Shown one piece after another: positions 52,111 to 62,247 of a stretch of 64,000 bases of DNA; the first letter of the stretch is position 1, and each line of letters begins with the position of its first letter. The translations under genes and the position numbers were made by a program. The stretch is taken from positions 864,001 through 928,000 of the forward strand of contig OZ244034.1 of the NCBI GenBank assembly GCA_965215185.1, read 5' to 3'. Source of the DNA: Acidimicrobiia bacterium. Its GTDB lineage: Bacteria > Actinomycetota > Acidimicrobiia > Spongiisociales > ZC4RG35. Under the pieces are notes generated by a model. It searched no databases and had not been told where the DNA came from. It saw only the letters and a program-made list of their open reading frames with translations.

Positions 52111-52505
52111 GTCTTTCGGGACATTATGCGCCTATATGGGACACTAAACCCGCGGACGTCATCTCCACCGATCACTGGTTTTCCCTGTTCTCCTTCCTTA
52201 AGGTTCCTACGGGGTACGCTGGGCTTGGGTGACCGGCGACAACAAAACGGCCGAGGCCCCCCAGTCGTTGCCGCAGGCACCGATGCAGCCGTTGAACTCG
52301 ACGAACAGCCCATCCCAGCCGTCGGTGACATGCAGCATTCCGTCCCAGAAACTGTTGGCACCTGAAGGCACCGAAGTCCTCGAAGGCGTTGCACATGGCG
52401 CATCGGATGATCCGGCAACACCGGCCCCTGACCCGACGACAGGGCTAGCCGGGGAGAAGCGAACCACACGACCCATAGCTTCGAGTACGCCAACCACCCA
52501 CTATA

Positions 52506-52545
52506 TTGTGGGTGTAGACCGTGGTTTGTGGGTGTAGACGGTGGT
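52506..52545 (+). repeat. 20-bp direct repeat TTGTGGGTGTAGAC(C/G)GTGGT x2
   Basis: Read directly from the sequence. Confidence 0.7.
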
Positions 52546-52742
52546 TAGGGATATATTTCACACATCCGTCCCATATGTGCAATAACCTGAGGCTGCCGAG
52601 CCCTGTAGGTGAACGACCCGTTTCCGTCCGCCGACCTGTTGGTATTGTGCGGTCTGGTTTCGTCTGTTGGGAGGGGTGTTTGGTGGGGTGGGTTAGGTGA
52701 TGCTTTGGCCCGGGATTATCCTGGCTTCCCTGTGAGAATGGT

Positions 52743-55490
52743 ATGAGGTTGACCCGCTCTAGTGGGCGTTTGTGGGTTGTGGCTGCGCTGGTGCTGGCCG
52801 CCTCGTTGGTGGTTCCTGCTGTTTCTGTTGTAGCTCAAGGCGGGTTCTCGGATCTTGATGAGGCGGGTTCTCATCGGGCTGGGGTTGAGGGGCTAGCGGA
52901 GATGGGAGTGCTGGAGGGCACTGACTGTGCTCCGGGGGAGTTCTGCCCCGGCGATGCTTTGCAGCGTTGGGTGATGGCGGTGTGGCTGGTCCGGGTCCTG
53001 GACGGTGCCGATCCTGGTTCATCCGGTACGCGTTTCGCCGATGTTGACTCGGATGAGTGGTGGGCGCCTTTTGTGGAACGTCTCGCGGTGCTGGGAGTCA
53101 CAGGGGGTTGCGCCACCGGCCCGGCTCGGTATTGCCCTGACGATTCGGTCACTCGCGCTCAGATGGCCACTTTCCTCACTCGAGCTTTCGGTCTCGAAGC
53201 TGCGCCGCCGTTCGGGTTTGTCGACGTTGAGGGCAACACACACGCCGGGAGTATCGATGCGTTGGCGCGGGCGGGGGTCACAGCAGGTTGCGCTACCGGC
53301 CCGGCTCGGTATTGCCCTGACGATTCGGTGACCCGCGCTCAGATGGCCACTTTCCTCACCCGAGCGATAAACAGAGCCGCTCTTTCGGTCGGACTCGAAT
53401 CCCCAACGGGGCGGACTGTGGCTGGTTCCTTTCAGGTGGGGGTCTCCTTCCGCCGGCCGGTGACCGGCTTCGGTCTGGATGATGTGAGGGTGGTCAACGG
53501 TCGAGCCACCAGCCTGGCGGGTTCTGGATCCGACTATGAGGTGACAATCGTCCCAGCGGCTGGGGGAACGGTGGTTGTACGGATACCCCGAGGCGCAGTT
53601 CGTGATACCGCTGGGAGTCCGAGCCAGGCGTCTGGGCTGTTGGTGAGGACTTTCGGGTCTGATGGCCATCGGGATGGTCCTGGGTTTGATGTCTGGGACC
53701 GGGACGTGGTGGTGTCAGCGTATCTGGCGGAGTTCGAACGGGAGCAACCAGACCCAGGTTTCACAGGCAACGTCGCCGAATGCGATGCGGGCACCACCAG
53801 CCAGGCCTTCCGGGACAGTGTGGTGCAGCGGGTCAACTGGTACCGGCAGATGGCAGGCCTCGACACCGTCACCGAGGATCCCTCCCGGTCCGCCGCGGCA
53901 CAGCGGAAGGCTCTGATCATGTCCGCCGCAGGAAAGCTGTCACACCACCCGCCACCCGATTGGGTTTGCTACACCCAGGATGTCCCCGGAAGGGGCGGTG
54001 AGAATCTTGGTCTCGGTTCCGCCGGGGTGTTCGCCGTCGACAGGTACATGCAAGACACAGGCGCCAGCAATCTGGCGGTCGGGCACCGCCGGCAGATCCT
54101 GTCCCCGTTCGTGGAGGAGATCGGCACCGGCAACATCTACCCCGAGGCCCGCCGTTACCGGACGACCAACGCTATGCACTTCGGGTACGACTACTCCACC
54201 GTTGCCACGGTTCGAGAGCAGCGCGGTTTCGTGGCATGGCCCCCAGCAGGCTACGTACCCGCCGAAACCGTGTGGGGACGATGGTCATTCCAACTACTCG
54301 TACCAGCCGACTTCGCTCAGGCCACAGTCACCGTCACAGACAACTACGGTCCCATACCGGTAGCAGTCATCAACCGGAGATCGGGGATCGTCTGGGCTGT
54401 GCACGGCGACTGGAACTCAGAGAAGCTTCCTGGGTTCCCTGACCGCGACTACTGCTACACGGTGACCATCAGCAACGTGAGAATCGACGATAGGGCTCAA
54501 ACTCCTTACCAGTACGCCACCTGCCTGGGTGACCTCGGTTCGGGAGCTGGCGGTGGTGCGCCCGTATTCCTGGCGTGGTCACCCGACAGCGCCCAAATCG
54601 TGTACCGGCACAACGGCGGGGTCTGGACCGTCAACGCGGACGGCACCAGGCAACGACTGATTCTCCTCTCCGGCTCGCCGAGGTGGTCACCCGACAGGAC
54701 CCAAATCGCGTACGGGGCCGACGGAATCTGGGTCATGAACGCGGACGGCACCAACCAACAACAACTCACCGAATCCGGCTCCTACCCGGTGTGGTCACCC
54801 GACAGCACCAAAATCGCCTACAGGGGCAGCGGAATGTGGACCGTCAACGCCGACGGCACCAACCAACAACAACTCACCGACCAAGGCGCCCCCTACCCGG
54901 TGTGGTCACCTGACGGAACCACAATTGCCTACGGCCGCTACCAAAAGGGAATCTGGACCGTCAACCCCGACGGGACGAGCGATCAACAACTCACCGAATC
55001 CGGCTACTCCCCGGTGTGGTCACCAGACGGCACCAGAATCGTTTACCAGACGTTCTACGAGATATGGACTATCAACACCGACGGCACCAACCAGCAATCA
55101 CTCGCCAAAGGAATAGACACTTGGAAAGTATCACCCGACCGGACCCGAATCGTTTTCTCCTCCTACTCCCCGTCGGACTCGAGTTCCTCCTCCCCATCGG
55201 ACTGGGGTATCTGGATCATGGATACCGACGGCACCAACCACAAACGACTGACCACTAACCGAGCATCCCACCTGACATGGTCACCCGACGGCACCCAAAT
55301 CGCCTACAGCCGCTTCCAAAGGGGAATCTGGACCATCAACACCGACAGCACCAACCACAAGCAACACACCACCCACGGAGGCAGACCGGTATGGTCACCC
55401 GACGGCACCCAAATCGCCTACGACAACGGGAACAACGGAATCTGGATCATGAATGCCGACGGCACCAACCAACATCAACTCACCAACTAA
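52743..55490 (+). CDS. Surface protein: signal peptide, three SLH, Ig-like, CAP/SCP domain, TolB-like (PD40) beta-propeller repeats
   Basis: YCPDDSVTRAQMATFL (duplicated); RVNWYRQMAGL..LSH..ENL..GHRRQIL; many WSPDG repeats. Confidence 0.82.
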   Translation: MRLTRSSGRLWVVAALVLAASLVVPAVSVVAQGGFSDLDEAGSHRAGVEGLAEMGVLEGTDCAPGEFCPGDALQRWVMAVWLVRVLDGADPGSSGTRFADVDSDEWWAPFVERLAVLGVTGGCATGPARYCPDDSVTRAQMATFLTRAFGLEAAPPFGFVDVEGNTHAGSIDALARAGVTAGCATGPARYCPDDSVTRAQMATFLTRAINRAALSVGLESPTGRTVAGSFQVGVSFRRPVTGFGLDDVRVVNGRATSLAGSGSDYEVTIVPAAGGTVVVRIPRGAVRDTAGSPSQASGLLVRTFGSDGHRDGPGFDVWDRDVVVSAYLAEFEREQPDPGFTGNVAECDAGTTSQAFRDSVVQRVNWYRQMAGLDTVTEDPSRSAAAQRKALIMSAAGKLSHHPPPDWVCYTQDVPGRGGENLGLGSAGVFAVDRYMQDTGASNLAVGHRRQILSPFVEEIGTGNIYPEARRYRTTNAMHFGYDYSTVATVREQRGFVAWPPAGYVPAETVWGRWSFQLLVPADFAQATVTVTDNYGPIPVAVINRRSGIVWAVHGDWNSEKLPGFPDRDYCYTVTISNVRIDDRAQTPYQYATCLGDLGSGAGGGAPVFLAWSPDSAQIVYRHNGGVWTVNADGTRQRLILLSGSPRWSPDRTQIAYGADGIWVMNADGTNQQQLTESGSYPVWSPDSTKIAYRGSGMWTVNADGTNQQQLTDQGAPYPVWSPDGTTIAYGRYQKGIWTVNPDGTSDQQLTESGYSPVWSPDGTRIVYQTFYEIWTINTDGTNQQSLAKGIDTWKVSPDRTRIVFSSYSPSDSSSSSPSDWGIWIMDTDGTNHKRLTTNRASHLTWSPDGTQIAYSRFQRGIWTINTDSTNHKQHTTHGGRPVWSPDGTQIAYDNGNNGIWIMNADGTNQHQLTN

Positions 55491-56506
55491 CTGACCGCAT
55501 CGCCTTTGTCAGCTACGGCGCCATCCATAATTGCTAAACCGGACGGCTCCGAACCTCAACGTCTTACCCCAGACAACTCCAACCAGGGAGATGACTTCCA
55601 AGGCGACTTCAATCTTGCCTGGCACGACTCCGATCCGAGTTGGTCCCCAGATGGAACCAGGATGCTGTTCAGCAGCACCCGCACAGGTGAAAGCGAAATA
55701 TTCGTCATCGACCCCGACGGCCAGAACGTTCAACAACTTACTATGAGGACAGGTGGCAGCAGTCCCAACTGGTCGCCCGACGGTACCCGGATCGTGTTCT
55801 CACGAATCGAGAACTACTTCACCAGCAAGTGGCGCTACAACTTCGATGAGACCGAAAACGTGTTCATCATCGACGCCGACGGAACTGACATCCAGAGGCC
55901 TACGTACTCTGGGGGCTCGTCCCCAGTTGGTCGCCTGACGGCAGGCTGATCGCTTTTCACAGGGTTGTTGACGGGAACTACCAAGTATTCGTGACGGCTC
56001 CCGACGGCTCCGACGGAAGGCAACTCACCACATCCGGCGGCTCGGACGCTAGCTGGTCGCCTGACGGCAGACAACTGGTCTTCAACGGTGAAGGCGAGAC
56101 ACTCGTGATGAACCGGGACGGCACGGATATCCGCCAATTGACTACCTTCGGTAGTTCCAACGCCCATTGGTCGCCCGACGGCCAGCGCATCATTCTCGAG
56201 AGCCAGCATCTCTACAAAGAGCCGATCACCGATATCTATGCGGAGTTCGAAAGCCACGGCATCCTTTCTATGCGAATCGACGGCAGCGAGGTCGTCCGTA
56301 TTAGTGACGGTGCTTACTCTCCGGTGTGGTCGCCGTCTGAGTGGCGCGTAAGAGATGCAACCAGGCAGACCCTCCGTCTGAAGCAGGCAACGATCGGTGA
56401 TGTTCACGCGTGCGGGTTGGAAACAGGCGGGACGGTGGTTTGTTGGGGAAACAATGACTTGGGACAAACTGGAGTTCCCCCGCTTTTCCGGACACGTATT
56501 CTGTGA
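55491..56506 (+). pseudogene. Frameshifted continuation: further PD40 repeats and an RCC1-like repeat
   Basis: ORFs 55506-55949 and 55991-56506 carry WSPDG repeats and HACGL..G.VVCWG.N..GQ. Confidence 0.65.
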
Positions 56507-56788
56507 TCGTGTGAGAGGCCGTGTGGTCTCTTTGGAAGGAGTTTTGAATGCCTGCTCCTTATCCGGAAGAGTTCCGGCGTAGAGCCGTGGATCTGGTACA
56601 TGAGAGCGGCGAATCCGTGTCTGCGGTGCCTCGTCGGCTGGGGTGATGGCGATCATCACAGTAGCACAGTGCCCAACATTGGTCCTAGACCTCCAAGAGT
56701 AAGTCAAGACCTCTCAGGGAAACGCAGACACCCCACCGCTCCAGTCCTCCTAGAGGTTCTAACGAACGTACCCGCCCTCAATTCGTGG

Positions 56789-57967
56789 CTAGGAACGGTT
56801 TGCCTTCAAGTTGTCTAGGTATCTGCTCCATTGTTCCATGAGTTCGCGGCGTCTTTCTAGGAGGTCCGTTCTGGCGTAGGCCTTTTCTACGGCGTTTCTG
56901 ATTTCGTGACCGAGGGCCCGTTCCGCCAATTCGCGGTCTGCGCCTGTTTCTCCGCACCAGTCCCGAAACGAGCTTCGCATCCCGTGAGGCACACAGCCGA
57001 CATTGTTCTCTTTGCAAAGTTTGCTCATGGTGGCATTGCTAAGCGTCCGTCCGGTTGGTGATGGGAAGATCAGGCCATTGCCGCCTGACCGCTGGTGTGC
57101 TGTGTCGAGAACCGCCAGAGCCCCGGTGCTTAGAGGCACCCGATGCTCTCGCCGTGTTTTGGTCCGCTCGGCTGGGATGGTCCAGATTGCTGTGGTGAGG
57201 TCGATCTCGTCCCATATGGCGTTTCTGACTTCACCACTTCTGGTGGCGGTAAGAGTCAGGAACTTGAACGCGGCGATTGTTGCCCAGTGAGCGTCGGTTG
57301 CTTCGACCGCCCGAACAGCTGCGCCGACCATTTTGTGGGGTAGGGCTTTCATGTGTAGGGGTCGTTGGGTGTTGGAACCCAACGCGGCGGTGATACGGTC
57401 GTCAGCGGGATTGTCGTCTCGGAACCCCTGGGCGATGGTCCACTTCATAACAGCAGAGATGCGCTGTTTCACCCGGTTAGCGGTCTCCGGTTTGTCGTGC
57501 CATTGTGGTGCGAGACAGGCCATGACATCCGCGGTGGTGATTAGGTCCACCCGCTTGTTCCCAAACCGGGGATAAGCATAGGTTTGGAGGGTTGACCGCC
57601 AGTGCTCTTCGGACCTTCCGCCCGGTTTCCACTTGGCAGCGTGAAGCCTGATCACTTTCTCGGTGGCCTGACGAAAGGTGGGCGCTTTGCGAGCACGGGG
57701 GTTGCGGCCTTCTTCGACGGCCTGCCTGTTTCGGAGAGCCCTCTGGCGGGCTTCCACCAGAGTTACTGCCGGGTAGCTTCCCAGCCCGAGGTTGGTTTCT
57801 TTTCCGTTGATCCGGATTCTCTGCACCCAGGCTTTGGAAAGCCGTCCTTCGATCTTGGTCGGTTTGACCATCAGGCTCAGACCATGACCTCCTCGACCGT
57901 CGCCATAGCGACCAGGTCGGCTTAGACTCTTGACGAAAGTGGCTGAAAGTGTTTTGGGTCGGTTCAT
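56789..57967 (-). CDS. P4-like tyrosine integrase, intact
   Basis: Start MNRPKTL by comparison with paralogues (ORF track extends to 58213); full R-K-HxxR-H-Y set (TATRSGE, TKT, HGMR, LGH, KAY). Confidence 0.92.
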   Translation of the reverse strand: MNRPKTLSATFVKSLSRPGRYGDGRGGHGLSLMVKPTKIEGRLSKAWVQRIRINGKETNLGLGSYPAVTLVEARQRALRNRQAVEEGRNPRARKAPTFRQATEKVIRLHAAKWKPGGRSEEHWRSTLQTYAYPRFGNKRVDLITTADVMACLAPQWHDKPETANRVKQRISAVMKWTIAQGFRDDNPADDRITAALGSNTQRPLHMKALPHKMVGAAVRAVEATDAHWATIAAFKFLTLTATRSGEVRNAIWDEIDLTTAIWTIPAERTKTRREHRVPLSTGALAVLDTAHQRSGGNGLIFPSPTGRTLSNATMSKLCKENNVGCVPHGMRSSFRDWCGETGADRELAERALGHEIRNAVEKAYARTDLLERRRELMEQWSRYLDNLKANRS

Positions 57968-58241
57968 CCTCTCGTTTCCCTTCCCGCTATGCTCGGAACT
58001 GACGGGTTCATTGTCGATGGATTTCCCTGTTAGCTGTCGGTACCGATACCACTGTTTATACCATTTAAGGGTAGTGCGCTTGGCTGACGCCTCCTGACAC
58101 CGCCTGACACGACCCATAACCACAAATAGGCCACTACCTGGGCAAACACAGGCCCAGGGAGACGAATTGAACACGATTGAAACCCAATCAGCGTAGACGT
58201 CACCTCCACTCAACTAGAACAGCCTCCTTTTTCCCCGCTAT

Positions 58242-58266
58242 GACGGATATTCTGGGAATATCTGGG
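58242..58266. repeat. Palindromic junction site F
   Basis: GACGGATATTC-TGG-GAATATCTGGG. Confidence 0.75.
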
Positions 58267-58334
58267 GTTGTGATCTGCTTGTTACTCGCGTTGGGTTTGG
58301 TTGGTTTCGGTCTGGATCAGTGGCTCTCGGCAGC

Positions 58335-58612
58335 TAGTAGCGACAGGTTCGCTGATGTGCCAGTGGATCATTGGGCGAATTACTCGGTTGGATGGGCGGT
58401 GAACCAGCGGATAACCAGTGGGGTGAGCGCCACCGAGTTCGGAGGTTCCCGGACGCTTACCCGCGAACAAATGATCACCTTCCTCTACCGCGCAAAGGAT
58501 CACTGACCGAGGGGTCTTTGGGAACTGACATCTATCAGGATGTGCCCGGTGACCGAAGCAAAAGGGGCTAACTTGCCGATAGGGTGGGCATTCGACCAAG
58601 GTGTCACTGGTG
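58335..58612 (+). pseudogene. SLH-repeat fragment paralogous to the 10134-11657 gene
   Basis: SDRFADVPVDHWAN..GWAV..ITSGVS..FGGS.TL.REQ..FL.RAK; degenerate NLPIGWA.DQGV. Confidence 0.75.
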
Positions 58613-58784
58613 AAGCTCGAACACGCCGACCTCATTAGGTGGGGGGCTGGGACCCAACGTTCCGTCCCTTGACACAGCATCATCTTGGGAGGCCGAATAC
58701 TCGCGAAAGTGCCACACATGCCATTTTCAACGTGCCACTGATCGAGCCGTCTGACCCAATCGGTGGTATGAGAAGGATTGCCCC

Positions 58785-58892
58785 TCAGTTGTCCAGGTAG
58801 CGGCTCCGATTGTCCATCAGTTGGCGGCGTATTTCTAACAGGTCTGTTCTGGTGGAGGCCTTCTTGACGGCGTTTCGGATTTCGTGGCCGAG
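58785..58892 (-). pseudogene. 3'-terminal integrase fragment
   Basis: LGHEIRNAVKKASTRTDLLEIRRQLMDNRSRYLDN*. Confidence 0.8.
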
Positions 58893-58894
58893 AA

Positions 58895-58929
58895 GGATGT
58901 TGTCAGTGGAACATCCACTGACAACATCC
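58895..58929. repeat. Perfect 16-3-16 inverted repeat at the island edge
   Basis: GGATGTTGTCAGTGGA-ACA-TCCACTGACAACATCC. Confidence 0.8.
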
Positions 58930-59180
58930 TATGGTTGACGACCATCCGGTCCAGGTTGATCGCTCTGCCTACTCCTCAGCGAGTGAGAACAGCCGTTCAG
59001 CTATTCGCCGGTGAGGGAATGGTCGACGTGTACTCTCTGGTAGAGGCGATGCATGAGCACCGTCAGTTCTCCTTTGTGACCGGTGATGACGGCAAGAACC
59101 GGCTGTCGCCCACCCCTCGGGCGATGCCATTGGCTGCCGCCTATCCTGTTGCCTCGTCGGTCATTTCCCGGTGGCCGTTG

Positions 59181-61667
59181 TCAGAGGCTGGGAGTCGGGT
59201 GGTGGCTGTCGCCGCCGAACTCTTGCCTCCGCCAGCGATGGTACAGCGCCCAGAGCACCAGCAGCGGGGGAAGCACCACGAACGTGGCGATCAGCGCCAA
59301 CAGGATGGTGACCGCGGTGAGCAGGCCGAGTTGCCTCATCGGATCGAGCGGCGCGAACAGGAGTGTCAACAGTCCGAGAGCCGTGGTGAGAGCGCTGGCC
59401 ACCAGCGCGCCGCCGGTGGTGGTCATCGCTCGTTGCATGGCGTCCCGGATCCGGCCCGACTGCTTTTCTTCTTCCAGGAACCGGTGGGTGAGGTGGATTG
59501 TGTAGTCGACCCCGATGCCGATCGTGAGGGCGGTGATCAAGGCCGTAACCATGTTGTAGGAGATCCTCATTGCCCACATGGCGCCCAGCACCCAGATCAG
59601 AACCACCGCGATGGGGATGATGGCGATCAGTCCTAGAGTGGGGCGAAACTGGGTGAGGCCGAAGTAGAGCACCAGGATGATCAAGGCGGCCAGAGTGGTG
59701 AGGCTTACGCTGAGCACCTGGCTGGCGGTCAACTCCTCGGTCACCAGGGCGATGAGCGAGTCGCCACCGGTGATTGTGATCTCCGAGGTATCCCCTCCCC
59801 ATAGCGTCTCGAGTTCGGCGATCAACTGCTGCGAAGCCTCGATACCCCCGACTGTGACCGGTACCTGGAGGATCGTGCGGTCGGAGCCTTGGGCGCGGAA
59901 GTCCACCACCTTGGAAAACCCCACCGGATCGGCGTTCTCGAGAAGCACCCAGGCGGCGCGCACCTCTTCGTCGGTTGCGAAGACGTTGAGGTTCAAGTCG
60001 GCGTATGCGGCGGCGAAGGCGGGGTCGTAGTTGTCGCCCGGCTGTTCGCTGTCGTTGATCCAGTCCGCTAGGAGCGTCCCCGCCGACGCCGACGGAGGAC
60101 CGGCGACACCCTGCGGTCTCCTGCGGGGATCGGCGAGAGTGGTGTAGAAATCGAACAGGTCACGAAGGGTCCGGACGGTGTCCAGATCGGCTTCGACGAG
60201 GATGGTCATCGTCGAGGCGCCACCGTTGAAATTTTGTTCCAAGAATTCGATGTTTTTCTCCGTTTGGGAGCCCTTCGGCACGAAGTCCTTGAGTGCGAAG
60301 GTGGTATTCAGACCGATGGCGGCTATGGCGGCCAGGATCGTGACCACGATGGCGCCGCCCAGGATCGGCAACGGGCGACGCACGATGGTGGTCGCCACTC
60401 GCGCCAGGGCTGCTCCGGCGCCGGGGATCGTGTCGGCGACCGGTCTCGCCGCCAATGGCTGTCCTCGGGCGGAGCGCCTTCGGTCCAGCACCAGCCGGGC
60501 GGCGGGCACGAAGGTGGTCATCACGATCCACCCCGACAGAACGCCGATACCGGCCACTATGCCAAAGTCGGCAACGGGCTCGAACTTGCTGGTCAGGTTG
60601 GTGATGAAACTGACCGCGGTCGTGCCCGCCGCCAGCAGGACCGGCACGCCCGAGAACCTGACCGCCTCACCGACGGCCACCCCCGGCGCATCCCCACCCG
60701 GATCGTCCTCCCGCGCCAGCGCCTCCCGGTAACGCCCGGTGATCTGCAACGCATAGTCCACGCACAGCCCGATCAGAAGCACCGGCACCAAGACGATCAT
60801 GATGTTTTCGGGATCAACCAGGTCGGCGCCTCCGGGCGACAGCCATGCCTGGGCGCCGAACGTCCAGAAGATGGTCAGGATAAGGCCGACGATGGCCAAC
60901 ACCACGTCCGAGCCGGTACGGTAGAAGGCGGCCAACAGCACCATGATCACCACCAGTGCGATGCCCATGAGCAGGAACAGGCTCGACCGGCGAGCCTCCC
61001 TTCCTTCCGTGTTGCTGTTTGCCTTGGTTATCACCGACACCGCCAGCGGGGCCAGTTCCGCGGATTCCGCGATCTCGTGGGCCCGCAGTTGCGCGGATTG
61101 CAGGCCCAGGGGATCGCCGGCGTCGTTGAGGATGATCAGAGAAAGCCCGGCGATCGGTGTCCCGTCGGCGTCGCGAGAGACGAAACGAGCCAGTCCGGCG
61201 TTCGCCTCGGCAAACTCGGGGACGCTGACCACTCGCCGAAGGACCACATCCAATTGGGCGTCGGAGACCGTGGCCAGGTCCAATCCACCGGCAGCCAGAA
61301 GGCGCTCGATAATAGGTACATACCCAAGCGCCGCTTCGTCCACCACGAATGTCTCGACCTGGGGGTCGCTTCTGATCGTGTTCTGCAGACCCCTGATCAG
61401 CCGCAGGGAATCGGCCGCCAGAACATCGCCCTTGGCCAGGATCTGGACAATCTCCACACCCGCGGCGGCCGGAAAACTCTCCCGGATGGCCGAGGAGGCC
61501 TCCGCCAGCTCACTCTCGGCGGGCAGGAAAGAAGCGGTGGCGTCGATAGGCGCCGCAGGGATGTCCTGCACCGCGAACCCGGCGAGCAGCACCGCGGTGA
61601 TAAGGCCCACGGCCGCCAGAACCAGTTTCGGGGTTCTCTGTATTCTGCGGGCCTGCCATCCGAACAT
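59181..61667 (-). CDS. MMPL/RND-family transporter
   Basis: Two halves with multiple TM helices, each with a GxxxDY motif (IGLCVDYA, IGIGVDYT). Confidence 0.9.
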   Translation of the reverse strand: MFGWQARRIQRTPKLVLAAVGLITAVLLAGFAVQDIPAAPIDATASFLPAESELAEASSAIRESFPAAAGVEIVQILAKGDVLAADSLRLIRGLQNTIRSDPQVETFVVDEAALGYVPIIERLLAAGGLDLATVSDAQLDVVLRRVVSVPEFAEANAGLARFVSRDADGTPIAGLSLIILNDAGDPLGLQSAQLRAHEIAESAELAPLAVSVITKANSNTEGREARRSSLFLLMGIALVVIMVLLAAFYRTGSDVVLAIVGLILTIFWTFGAQAWLSPGGADLVDPENIMIVLVPVLLIGLCVDYALQITGRYREALAREDDPGGDAPGVAVGEAVRFSGVPVLLAAGTTAVSFITNLTSKFEPVADFGIVAGIGVLSGWIVMTTFVPAARLVLDRRRSARGQPLAARPVADTIPGAGAALARVATTIVRRPLPILGGAIVVTILAAIAAIGLNTTFALKDFVPKGSQTEKNIEFLEQNFNGGASTMTILVEADLDTVRTLRDLFDFYTTLADPRRRPQGVAGPPSASAGTLLADWINDSEQPGDNYDPAFAAAYADLNLNVFATDEEVRAAWVLLENADPVGFSKVVDFRAQGSDRTILQVPVTVGGIEASQQLIAELETLWGGDTSEITITGGDSLIALVTEELTASQVLSVSLTTLAALIILVLYFGLTQFRPTLGLIAIIPIAVVLIWVLGAMWAMRISYNMVTALITALTIGIGVDYTIHLTHRFLEEEKQSGRIRDAMQRAMTTTGGALVASALTTALGLLTLLFAPLDPMRQLGLLTAVTILLALIATFVVLPPLLVLWALYHRWRRQEFGGDSHHPTPSL

Positions 61668-61730
61668 GGCAGACTTCAGTAGCCCTCGGGGGGCGCGCGG
61701 TCGAGGCCGGTCGGGGTGGGACTCGTTGCG

Positions 61731-61752
61731 CTCGACATACCTCTATGTTAAA
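61731..61752. promoter_or_regulatory. Possible operator upstream of the MMPL gene
   Basis: Imperfect dyad TCGACATA-CCTC-TATGTTAA, about 65-85 bp before the start codon. Confidence 0.3.
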
Positions 61753-61831
61753 TGAGAAACATGAGTCCGCCGGCATGAATCTCACTGATTTCTTGGACCG
61801 ACGGCACCACCCCACCCGCCAGTCGAAGCGG

Positions 61832-62218
61832 TCAGACTATCCGACCGCCGCCCGTCTCCACCAAGATGGTGACCGGCCCATCAATGACAAGGGACACTTC
61901 CATCATCACTCCGAAACGGCCCGTGGCCACCTCTATCCCTTCGCTCTGCAACGCAGCAACCACCTCGTCCACCAAACGCTCGGCCGGTTCGGGACGCGCC
62001 ACCCGGACGAAGGAAGCCCGGCGGCCCTTGCCAACATCCCCATACAGGGTGAACTGGCTCACCACCAACGCCGCTCCACCGGCGACGGCCAAGGCAAGGT
62101 TCATCTTCCGCTCTCGATCGGCGAATATCCGTAGCCCGGCCATCTTGGCTGCCGCCACCCGGGCATCGGTCACCGAATCCTCGTGGGTAACACCCACCAG
62201 AGCCAAAAGACCACCCCG
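61832..62218 (-). pseudogene. dtd: D-aminoacyl-tRNA deacylase lacking about 25 N-terminal residues
   Basis: GLLALVGV, LRIF, SQFTL, KGRR.SF, TGRFG.MM.V..DGPVT. An in-frame TAG lies just upstream, and the usual QRV N-terminus is absent. Confidence 0.85.
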
Positions 62219-62222
62219 CTAT

Positions 62223-62247
62223 GACTGATACTCAGCAAGTATCCGTC
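62223..62247. repeat. Palindromic junction site G
   Basis: GACTGATACTC-AGC-AAGTATCCGTC. Confidence 0.85.

Noticed and set aside
16845-57967. Prophage or conjugative element
   Set aside because: No structural, replication, relaxase or T4SS genes were recognised.
61726-61753. dif-like site (CTATGTTAAAT resembles the XerD arm)
   Set aside because: The XerC arm does not match, and the dyad spacing (CATA-4-TATG) differs from dif (CATA-8-TATG). More likely an operator.
9958-62247. CRISPR array or classical integron attC array
   Set aside because: The palindromes are separated by 0.4-21 kb rather than by uniform spacers. There are no cas genes and no GTTRRRY/RYYYAAC boxes, and the integrases are arm-domain P4-like, not IntI.
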